From an uncultured archaeon (GTDB lineage Archaea; Asgardarchaeota; Lokiarchaeia; Sigyniarchaeales; SOKP01): a stretch of DNA of 10,472 nt. Each line of letters begins with the position of its first letter. Position 1 is the stretch's first letter. Location: the NCBI GenBank assembly GCA_964583985.1, contig CAZOYD010000016.1, positions 53,416-63,887 of the forward strand, read 5' to 3'. A model generated the notes under the pieces. The model ran no database searches. It was not told the origin of the DNA and saw only the letters and a list, made by a program, of their open reading frames with translations. The translations under genes and the position numbers were made by a program. Below, piece after piece: positions 1 through 8,200 of this stretch.

Positions 1-2
1 AG

Positions 3-1025
3 CGAGATTTGTTCCCTCTAGTTAAAATATTGACTCCAAATATATCTGAAGCTAGCTATTTTTCAAATATTGATATATCATCCTTCCAGAACATTGATCT
101 CGCTAAAAAGATGGGAAATTTATTGCTTGATATGATATTGAAAAAAAAAGATTTGTTAAAAAGGGAAAAAGCCATAATAATTAAAGGAATTAATAAAAAT
201 AATGAGGAGTTCATTGATCTCGCTTGTATTTACCGAAAAGTTAATTCCACTTATGAGAGATCTTTTTATATTTTTAATAAAAGAAAAATAAATGTGGGGG
301 GAAATGTCCATGGGACGGGGTGTGTCTTTTCTTCTGCAATTGCTGCATATCTTGCAAAAGACTATTCACTCAATGGCGCTATTGAAATGGCAGAAACTTT
401 TTTTGATGAAAAATTTCAAAATTTTATTGAATTACCATTCGGAGGTAAATTATTAGATTTAACAAGATCTACAGATCATATTGATGTAATAAATCAAATA
501 AAAGAAATCTATAATTTTATATCAAATAAAAAAGAATTTAGTAAACTTATCCCTGAGGTCAGGATGAATATTTCAGGATCCCTTCCCAATGCAAGGAATA
601 AACAAGAAGTTGCCGGAATAGACGGTAGAATCACAATCGTAAATGGTTTTCCTCATAAATGTGGAAAAATAAAATTTGGCGCTTCTGATCACACCGCTAG
701 ATTAATACTATCTGCCAAGGAATTTGATAATACGATTAATTTTGTTATCAATTTAAAATATAACCCAGATTGGATCCACTTAATCGCTACTCGCACCGAT
801 TTAATAGTTCAAGAGATAAATCGAGAAGAACAACCCGATGAAACCAAAAGGAAAGAATTTTCTACAATGCAATGGTTAATAAAAAGTAGTATTGAGAAAT
901 ATGGAGCGATTCCAGATATAATTTGGGACGCGGGATCAATCGGTAAAGAGCCTATTATTAGATTATTCGGAAGAAATTCAGAGGAGATGATAGAGAAATT
1001 AAAGAAAATAATTTCCGTGATTTAG
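3..1025 (+). CDS. thiDN: Bifunctional HMP/HMP-P kinase (ThiD) fused to thiamine-phosphate synthase (ThiN); 5' part lies outside the window
   Basis: The frame is open from base 3, so the TTG at 9 is unlikely to be the true start. ThiD motifs: ILTPNxxEA and HGTGC(V)FSSAIAAYLA (309-323 onward). ThiN motifs from 549: IPEVRMN, VAGIDGRI, FGASDHTAR, STMQW, PDIIWDAGSIGKEP. Stop TAG at 1023-1025. Confidence 0.93.
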   Translation, partial: RDLFPLVKILTPNISEASYFSNIDISSFQNIDLAKKMGNLLLDMILKKKDLLKREKAIIIKGINKNNEEFIDLACIYRKVNSTYERSFYIFNKRKINVGGNVHGTGCVFSSAIAAYLAKDYSLNGAIEMAETFFDEKFQNFIELPFGGKLLDLTRSTDHIDVINQIKEIYNFISNKKEFSKLIPEVRMNISGSLPNARNKQEVAGIDGRITIVNGFPHKCGKIKFGASDHTARLILSAKEFDNTINFVINLKYNPDWIHLIATRTDLIVQEINREEQPDETKRKEFSTMQWLIKSSIEKYGAIPDIIWDAGSIGKEPIIRLFGRNSEEMIEKLKKIISVI

Positions 1026-1026
1026 G

Positions 1027-1587
1027 CTATTTTTGATTTAAAGTCCAACCCGATGCAATTTTATGAGCCAAGAGGATTTGTTCTGGAAGTCTAGAACGAA
1101 AGGCAAACTTTTTTAAAAATTGTAATGCTATTTTTTTCTCTATACCTTTAAATTGAAAAAAGACTTCTTTTTCACCAATTGGGGTTAACGTTGAATATTG
1201 AGGTCCAGCTCTTTCTATAATTGACTTTCTTTCTTCATAGTTCGGTAAATTACTTACAGCGTCTAAAAAATTTCCTTTTGGGCTGTTTTCAGTAACAGAG
1301 ATTATTGGAATTTCTAATGTCTTACTTATCAGATCAATATCTAATAAATTAAATCCACCCGTTGTTATTCCATGAGTAACGATAAGTTGAAATTGATCTC
1401 TTGTAGATTCTAATTTTTCAATTATAACTTCAGTGGAATTTAATCCATCTACATCAATTGTGGCATGATCAATTCGCTCTAAGTAAATACCTCGACAGTA
1501 TATAAAAAAGAGCTCAGTAGTGGGAGTTCCTCTCTCATGTGGTGCATCATCAATCCCTACCACAAAAATTCCATCTTTGATCACCAT
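1027..1587 (-). CDS. DUF99/UPF0215 family protein (endonuclease V-like)
   Basis: Motifs VVGIDDAP, IDVDGLNST, GITTGGFNLLD, PIISV and LPEQILLAHKIA match the family. I prefer the ATG at 1587 (MVIKDGIFVVGIDD) over 1614 because homologues start just before GIDD and a TATA-like element lies at 1626-1619. Confidence 0.85.
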   Translation of the reverse strand: MVIKDGIFVVGIDDAPHERGTPTTELFFIYCRGIYLERIDHATIDVDGLNSTEVIIEKLESTRDQFQLIVTHGITTGGFNLLDIDLISKTLEIPIISVTENSPKGNFLDAVSNLPNYEERKSIIERAGPQYSTLTPIGEKEVFFQFKGIEKKIALQFLKKFAFRSRLPEQILLAHKIASGWTLNQK

Positions 1588-1618
1588 TCTGACTAATGAA
1601 ATAGTAGATCGCATAATA

Positions 1619-1628
1619 TTTTTATATT
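1619..1628. promoter_or_regulatory. TATA-like element in the short divergent intergenic region
   Basis: Reads TTTTTATA on + and TATAAAAA on -, about 32 nt upstream of the ATG at 1587 and about 50 nt upstream of the ATG at 1677. The AT-rich background makes this weak evidence. Confidence 0.3.
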
Positions 1629-1676
1629 GTGGTCATCAATCTTGCATATACATTGTAATTTACGATTTGAAATAAA

Positions 1677-2060
1677 ATGACTGACAAACTCAAAGGCATG
1701 TTTATATATACAGCAATCACTACAATTCCTTTTGGATTATCAATAATACTAATGCCTGGATTATGGTTTAGCTTAACCGATTTATCTATACAAAATCAAT
1801 ATATTTTTGGCATCGTTGGCAGCGTTTGGCTGGCATTTGGTACATGTGCTATTTTGGGACTCAAAAATCCCATGAAGTTTATCACAATATTATTATTACA
1901 ACTAATTTATAAGATCGTGTGGGTCTTCCTAATTTTTATTCCTCAACTATTCTTTAGTGGTCCTTCAATCATTAGCCTGTTGCTTTTAATCACGTTTCTC
2001 ACGTTCATAATCCCCGATATCTTCATCATACCATGGAATGATTTACTAAAGAAAGATTGA
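1677..2060 (+). CDS. Hypothetical integral membrane protein, about 4 TM helices
   Basis: 127 aa with four hydrophobic segments and a motif-like core GSVWLAFG...LGLKNPMKF..ILLLQLIYKIVW. ATG start, TGA stop, fills the gap between neighbours, and is followed by a T-tract. Confidence 0.8.
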   Translation: MTDKLKGMFIYTAITTIPFGLSIILMPGLWFSLTDLSIQNQYIFGIVGSVWLAFGTCAILGLKNPMKFITILLLQLIYKIVWVFLIFIPQLFFSGPSIISLLLLITFLTFIIPDIFIIPWNDLLKKD

Positions 2061-2098
2061 GTGAATCAATTGCGCTTAAAAAATTTATATTTTAAATC

Positions 2099-2112
2099 TT
2101 TTTTTATTTATT
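2099..2112 (+). terminator. Oligo-T archaeal-type terminator candidate
   Basis: T7-A-TTT-A-TT about 40 nt after the stop at 2060. Confidence 0.4.
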
Positions 2113-2198
2113 AAATCTGGGGAATTATTAATAAGGAAGTTTCTCAGGAAAAGGAACATTATGCTTTATTACATCGATCTTGACGGATTTGTTTTCTA

Positions 2199-3506
2199 TT
2201 ATTTCTTTGAAGCTTTTTTATCAAGAGCATCTTTTAATATCTTGATTGCACAGAATTCTCCGCACATTGAGCACACATCATCCTCTATAATTCCATTACG
2301 ATAATGAATTTCTCTAGACAGGTCTGGATCTATGGATTGGGTGATCATTTCTTCCCAATTTAGATCTTTTCGTGCGGTATCCATCTTATAATCCCATTTA
2401 GATGCTCGTTCTCCATATTTTGCTATATTTACAGCATGTGCTGCGATTTTGGAAGCAATTACTCCTCGTTTTACTTCATCCATGTTGGGAAGTGCTAAAT
2501 GTTCCGAAGGAGTAACATAACAGAGAAAATCAGCACCAGCTAATCCTGCCATAGTTCCACCTATCGCACTAACAATATGATCATAACCAGGAGCAATATC
2601 AGTCACGAGCGGTCCTAATACATAAAACGGAGCACGAGTACATAAAGATTTCATTATTTTAACATTTCTCTCAACTTCATGCGCTGGTATATGCCCAGGA
2701 CCCTCAACCATTACTTGAACATTATGATCCCATGCACGCTTGACTAATTTAGAAATTTCAATTAATTCTTGGATTTGAGCATTATCTGTTGAATCAAAAA
2801 TACTCCCCGGTCTCATGCCATCTCCTAATGAAAGAGTGAAATCATATTCCTTAGCTAATTCTAATAGATAATCATATTGACTATTGAAAGGATTTTCTAA
2901 ATCATTTTCCAGTATCCATGCCGCAAGAAAGGTACCTCCTCTTGATACAACACCCATCATTCTCGGATGTTTTTGTAAATGTTCCACAATTTGTTTGGTT
3001 ATCCCCGCATGTATTGTAAAAAAATCCACGCCTTCCCTTGCTTGTTCTTCTATTACTTTAAAAAGATCATCTTCATCAAAATTAATGATTGCACCCTTTT
3101 TCTCTAGTGCTCTTAATGCAGACTGATAAATGGGAACTGTTCCAATTGGGACTTTTATTTCGCTTAATATATTTTTGCGAATATTTCTTACATCTTCTTC
3201 TGTCACACCCGTGCTAAGATCCATTACTGTATCAGCTCCAAATTTTACTGCTATCTTGGCTTTATCAAGTTCCTCTTTAATATTGCAAACTCGCTTGCTT
3301 GATCCTATGTTCGCATTAATCTTGACGAGTAGACCTTCTCCAATACCAATTGGATTTGTATCTCGCCGATTCGATTTGGGTATGATAATACGACCAGCAG
3401 CAATACCTTTCCTTATGAATTCTACATCCAGTAACTCTTTGTTTGCTACTGATTCCATCTCTTTGCTAATTTTGCCGTTTTTAGCAGACTGCATTATTGT
3501 AGACAT
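2199..3506 (-). CDS. thiC: Phosphomethylpyrimidine (HMP-P) synthase ThiC, short archaeal/anaerobe type
   Basis: KINANIGSS, GADTVMDLST, IGTVPIYQ, GVDFFTIHAG, VSRGG, LGDGMRPG, MVEGPGH, PFYVLGPLVTDIAPGYDH, CYVTPSEHL, and the C-terminal Fe-S motif CSMCGEFC (2273-2250). thiDN is nearby. Confidence 0.93.
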   Translation of the reverse strand: MSTIMQSAKNGKISKEMESVANKELLDVEFIRKGIAAGRIIIPKSNRRDTNPIGIGEGLLVKINANIGSSKRVCNIKEELDKAKIAVKFGADTVMDLSTGVTEEDVRNIRKNILSEIKVPIGTVPIYQSALRALEKKGAIINFDEDDLFKVIEEQAREGVDFFTIHAGITKQIVEHLQKHPRMMGVVSRGGTFLAAWILENDLENPFNSQYDYLLELAKEYDFTLSLGDGMRPGSIFDSTDNAQIQELIEISKLVKRAWDHNVQVMVEGPGHIPAHEVERNVKIMKSLCTRAPFYVLGPLVTDIAPGYDHIVSAIGGTMAGLAGADFLCYVTPSEHLALPNMDEVKRGVIASKIAAHAVNIAKYGERASKWDYKMDTARKDLNWEEMITQSIDPDLSREIHYRNGIIEDDVCSMCGEFCAIKILKDALDKKASKK

Positions 3507-3541
3507 GATTTAAGATCTTGCTAATTTTAACTTGATTGTTC

Positions 3542-3553
3542 TATTTTAAAATA
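3542..3553 (-). promoter_or_regulatory. Candidate TATA box of thiC inside a perfect 12-bp palindrome
   Basis: TATTTTAAAATA is self-complementary and lies 36-47 nt upstream of the thiC ATG. Confidence 0.35.
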
Positions 3554-3594
3554 AGAATCTGAAAATTATATTCTTTTGGCTTATTAAATAAATG

Positions 3595-3656
3595 AATTTA
3601 ATGTGCATTGAAATACGTTTAATTGTAATTTAAAGTGAAAATTTAATATACATTAA
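3595..3656. promoter_or_regulatory. Two related 17-bp pseudo-palindromic boxes (candidate operator); the second overlaps a BRE/TATA-like element for the + strand gene
   Basis: AATTTAATGTGCATTGA (3595-3611) and AATTTAATATACATTAA (3640-3656) are 14/17 identical with core TTAAT-N4-ATTRA. GAAAA-TTTAATATA lies at 3637-3650. Confidence 0.35.
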
Positions 3657-3717
3657 GCTTTTTTAATTGATAAGTAAGGTTTTATTGTATTTTAATGAGG
3701 ATTAGTGATATAAAGAA

Positions 3718-4614
3718 ATGGTTAATAAAGGTTTAGAAAGAGTTATCAAATTATTGCTTCATAATCGAGAAGTAGCAGCGAAAAAGAGAGTCAAAGATGA
3801 GCGGGACGAATTGGAACACATGGCTAATATGATCCAACTTTCCAATGATGTCGAAACCAAAAAGGTAAATATTGATGGAATAGATGCGATATGGTTAAAA
3901 ACTCCTGGAGTTGAAGAGGAAAGCTTAATTATATATCTCCATGGAGGAAGTTATACTGCTGGCTCTTTTAATTCTCACAAAGATCTCGTTCAAAGATTAT
4001 CAAGAGAAGCAAAATGTAAAATTATAACAATAGAATATGGCTTAGCGCCAGAACAGCCCTTTCCTAAAGGGTTAAATGATGTAATAAAGATATATAATTG
4101 GCTAATTAATGAGGAAAAATATAAGCCAAATAAAATCGTTATAGTTGGAGATTCCGCAGGTGGTGGATTAACTTTAGCAACTTTAGTAAAGTTACGCGAT
4201 TTAAACATTAAATTACCCGCTGCAGGAGTATGTCTATCTCCTTGGACGGACCTAGCTTTCACTGGAGAATCATATTATGATAAAAATATCAGAGATCCCG
4301 GAATCACTCTTGATGACTTAATGTTTGCTGCGAAGCTGTATATTGGTAATAATGATCCAAAAAATCCATACATATCACCCGTTTATGCTGATCTAAAGGG
4401 ATTACCACCCTTGTTAATTCATGTTGGAACTGTAGAAAAGCTACTTAATGATTCCACTCGTGTAGCAGAATCAGCAAAAAAAGCTGGTGTGAACGTCACT
4501 TTAAAGGTATGGAATGAAATGATTCATGTATTCCAAGCTTATGCCGTGTTGATTCGTGAAGGTGAAGAATCAATCAAAGAAATAGGCAGTTTCATACTCA
4601 ATTATTTTGCATGA
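3718..4614 (+). CDS. Alpha/beta hydrolase, hormone-sensitive lipase (family IV) esterase
   Basis: YLHGGSY oxyanion motif (HGGS at 3940-3951), EYGLAPEQPFP, nucleophile GDSAGG (Ser at 4153-4155), LSPWTDL, SPVYADLKGLPPLLIHVGTVE (acid residue), and MIHVFQ (His). Confidence 0.92.
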   Translation: MVNKGLERVIKLLLHNREVAAKKRVKDERDELEHMANMIQLSNDVETKKVNIDGIDAIWLKTPGVEEESLIIYLHGGSYTAGSFNSHKDLVQRLSREAKCKIITIEYGLAPEQPFPKGLNDVIKIYNWLINEEKYKPNKIVIVGDSAGGGLTLATLVKLRDLNIKLPAAGVCLSPWTDLAFTGESYYDKNIRDPGITLDDLMFAAKLYIGNNDPKNPYISPVYADLKGLPPLLIHVGTVEKLLNDSTRVAESAKKAGVNVTLKVWNEMIHVFQAYAVLIREGEESIKEIGSFILNYFA

Positions 4615-4629
4615 CTATATCTATTTTTG

Positions 4630-5097
4630 CTAATATCCTATTTTAAGTTGTTTTAAAAGTTCTATGAGTGAATCAGTAAGGCTATAATTTTTTAATTCAT
4701 GAAAAGGTACAAAACGAGCATCTAAGGCATCAGAATCTGGTACTGGTGCTTGATTCATATTCCCTTCAACTTGATCTACAAAATAATTTATTAAAATATA
4801 ATGGTATTCTATTTTTCCATTCTTATCATACATAATTTTATTAATAATTCCCGCGAGATTTGTGACCTTTACTTTAATTCCTGTTTCTTCCAAACCTTCT
4901 CTTTCAGCGGCATCTTCAACTCTTTCTCCAAGGTCTAAATGACCTCCCGGAATTGACCAATAGCCTGCATCGGGATCATATTTTCTTTTGACTAACAGCA
5001 ATTTTTGATTTCTAACTAAAAGAATACCTACACCGACTTGGGGTCTTATGGGGTAATGACGAGTATCAAAGGTTGTTAATCTTTTTTTTTTCAACAT
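4630..5097 (-). CDS. Nudix hydrolase (ADP-ribose pyrophosphatase/COG1051-like)
   Basis: Nudix box G-HLDLG-E-RVEDAAE-RE-GL-EE-T-GI (4944-4876), N-terminal RHYPIRPQVGVG, WSIPGG, and HYILINY...SDALDARF. Confidence 0.92.
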   Translation of the reverse strand: MLKKKRLTTFDTRHYPIRPQVGVGILLVRNQKLLLVKRKYDPDAGYWSIPGGHLDLGERVEDAAEREGLEETGIKVKVTNLAGIINKIMYDKNGKIEYHYILINYFVDQVEGNMNQAPVPDSDALDARFVPFHELKNYSLTDSLIELLKQLKIGY

Positions 5098-5264
5098 ATA
5101 TGATTAGAAATGTTCGAATAAATAATAATGTATCATGATCGTATTCAGTTTTTGATAAAGAAAAAGCAATTTGGGGATTATCGATAGAATTAAATAGTTA
5201 ACTCTCTTAAATTCTCTTGCATTTAATTTTAAAAAAAAATTATAAATGCAAAGGCGAATTTCAT

Positions 5265-8200
5265 ATGAATGTATTAAATAATCTCAAAAAACAAAAAAAG
5301 CTGAATCTTTTAGTAGTTCTATGCATAACTATACTGTTATCCTTATCAAATGCAACTATTCTAAATAGCTTTAGCGTTAATGAACCCTTAAACACGATGA
5401 TTTTTTATTCTGATTCTGAAAAAACTTCTAATGAAAATCTTGATTTAAGTTTTATGGATAATTTTGATGATGTATTTATCTATTCTTTAAATGGAAGAAA
5501 TTATCTAGCAACATATAAATCCTTTGAGGATATAGAACTGATGAAAAAAGGAATCGATACACAATCAAAGAGATTAATTACAGACTATAATCCCATTATT
5601 GATGGTCACGGTACAGGATATGCATTACCATCTCCTGAAGATTTAGAAGCCCTTATTGGTAAAACAACGCTTTTAGATGTAGTTCCAGAATATGGTCAGA
5701 AATATAGAGCATCGGCAGACCTTTCTACGGAGATTTATTTTCCAACAGTTGGAGATCAAGCATCCCAGGGATCATGTTCAGCATGGGCGAATGCGTATTA
5801 TGCTTATGGATATTTAGAAGCAAAAGATTATGGGTGGGATGCCAGTTCCGGAAACCCAGATTTTCTATTGAGTCCAGCATGGGCATATAATATTATAGCA
5901 GCCTATGATTATGGTTCCATCCCTTATGAAGTTGCTCAGGTTTTACTGGATTGGGGAATACCTACACTCAGTGCGATGCCTTACAATGATATGGATGTTA
6001 ATAATTGGGGGAATGAAGCTGCGTGGCGTCAAGCACCTTATCACAGACCTCTTGATTATACTTTAATTGACTATGTTGGTCCAACTACCATTGATCTTAT
6101 TAAGAGTATAATTGATAGCGGAACACCAGTAACCATCGGTATTGATGCATATCAATTTTATTCTGGATTAGATCAAGGAACAAGTGATTTTATTTTATCC
6201 TCAGATGAATATGATCCTTCTGGTGGGTTAAATCATGCTCAATGTTTAGTAGGTTATAATGATGCAATAACAGAGGGAAGTGATGTTGGAGCATTTCGAG
6301 TAGTCAATTCATGGGGAGAGAGTTGGATGGATGCAGGATATTATTGGTTGACCTATGATGCGCTTAGTGAATTTGCAGAAGATCCTGGCCAAGTAATAAT
6401 GTTCATTACGGATAGAAACGATTATAATCCAAGTTTGATCTCTACGTGGGAATTTAGCTCAGCACCAACACGAATGGGGGATATTGTATCTCTTGGAGTA
6501 GGTCCTCATGACACGCCCATTGATATATTGACACCTCATTATGATTATGATACTAATAATCCATTTCCTGACTTCATGGCATTTGATATTACAGAGTTCC
6601 TTCCTTACTATACTGCAAATAATGATGAATTTTTCTTTCTAGAAATTGGATCCTCAACGAGTGCGGGTACTATTTCATCCTTCCTCATCGAGCGATATGT
6701 CGCTGGTGTTTTAGTTGAAACAACCTATGAATCCATAGATGTACCTCAATCTACCCCAGGTTATGCTAGAAATACCTTCATGGATTTTGATCACGAGATC
6801 AGTGTAAGTTTAGAAGTCCCAAAAAACCCAGAGATTTTTGAAACGTATCTGATTAATGCAACCGTTCAAAATTTGGGGCTTAATGACGAGTCGAGTATTG
6901 AATTATATCTCTATTTAGATGATTTAGTAGTTAATTCTGCCTCGTATCTCACTCTTTCTGTGGGTACATCAGAAACTATTGATTATTTATGGACACCCAT
7001 GACTTATGACATCTTTAATTTTACGGTGTTTGCCCCTCCCGTCGGAGGTGAATATTCCGAAGACAATAATTTCAAGTATTCTTTAATCACAATCAAATTT
7101 TTACAGAATTACACCATGACCGTGGGACATCCATATACGTGGATAGATGCATCCGGAGGTACCGAATTGGTGCTATCTGATGATGATTTTGCAGCGATTC
7201 CATTACCCTTTGATTTTACTTTTTATGATCAAACCTTTTCTACAATCTATCTATGTTCTAATGGCTATCTAAGTTTTTATGATAGTTCACCCTACCAATT
7301 TAGTAACATTCCCTTTCCATCAGGAGATCCTTCACATTACTACATGATCGCGCCATTTTGGGATGATATATATCCCGGTTATGGAGGACATATCTATGTA
7401 CAATCTTTTGGTACCTATTGGGTGGCTGAATGGCAAGACATTTACCACATTTCTTCAGATTTAATTGGATCCTTCCAAGTTGTTTTATATGATACAGGAG
7501 AGATTATCTTCAATTATGACTATATAGACTTTATTGCAGACGGATATACATGTGGGTTAAATTTAGGAGTAGATACTCGGTATTACAATTATTATCAGGG
7601 ATTAACTATCTCAACTAATGATTTATCCATTCTTTTTAATTTAGAATCAATAGATCATGACCTTAGAGTCACATTAGACACACCAAGTGCTCCAGAACTA
7701 GGTACTAGTTATGCAATAACAGCGATGGTAAGAAATTATGGAGAAAATGACGAATCAGATGTGAACTTTTATTTATATTATGATGATGTTTTAGTAAATT
7801 CAACGTTCATTCCGATGTTAACAATAGGGGAAAGTGAAATTCTTACCTATGATTGGACGCCTACAACTTATAGAACATATAATTTAACTGCTTATGCTCC
7901 ACCTGTAATAGATGAGACATATATTTCCAATAATCGTGTGGAAAGATTAATAGCAGTCCATCCGGTTAAATTATTCGACGGATTGTTTATGGATCATATA
8001 TATACTCAAGCAGGGTATGGAAGTGGTCCCTCAAGAGTTTCTTATAACCTAATTTCGGGGACATTGTTTTATGTAGAATTTGAAGGTAATTTAGGGGGCA
8101 TGGTAATTCAAGGTTACTGGGATGTTGATGCCAATACACGTGTAATGCAGAACTCAGGTGGATTCGGTTTCGGAGACAATGTTCACACACCATTTTGGAT

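Noticed and set aside
2058-2198. Selenocysteine readthrough of the TGA at 2058-2060, or an ncRNA in the convergent gap
   Set aside because: There is no convincing SECIS-like or other stable stem, the protein has no redox motif context, and the gap looks like terminator sequence.
2884-3513. Two in-frame + strand ORFs (80 aa and 127 aa)
   Set aside because: They are codon-aligned antisense shadows of the highly conserved thiC and have no recognisable motifs.
3507-3717. TPP riboswitch upstream of thiC
   Set aside because: The region is extremely AT-rich, with no CUGAGA motif or GC-rich stems on the minus strand.
3940-3951. HGGS instead of HGGG in the esterase as a sign of inactivation
   Set aside because: The fourth position tolerates small residues in the HSL family, and the Ser/Glu/His triad is intact.
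3990-4262. 90-aa minus-strand ORF
   Set aside because: It lies antisense within the esterase catalytic core and has no independent support.
5082-5091. T10 homopolymer at the Nudix 5' end as a phase-variation tract
   Set aside because: Similar A9 runs occur elsewhere (141-149, 5231-5239, 10126-10134), the coding ones are in frame as Lys codons, and they are expected at this AT content.
5217-5264. TTG start and 16-aa N-terminal extension of the protease
   Set aside because: The segment looks like AT-rich promoter sequence (TTTTAAAA, TTATAAA), and the ATG at 5265 gives a normal signal peptide.
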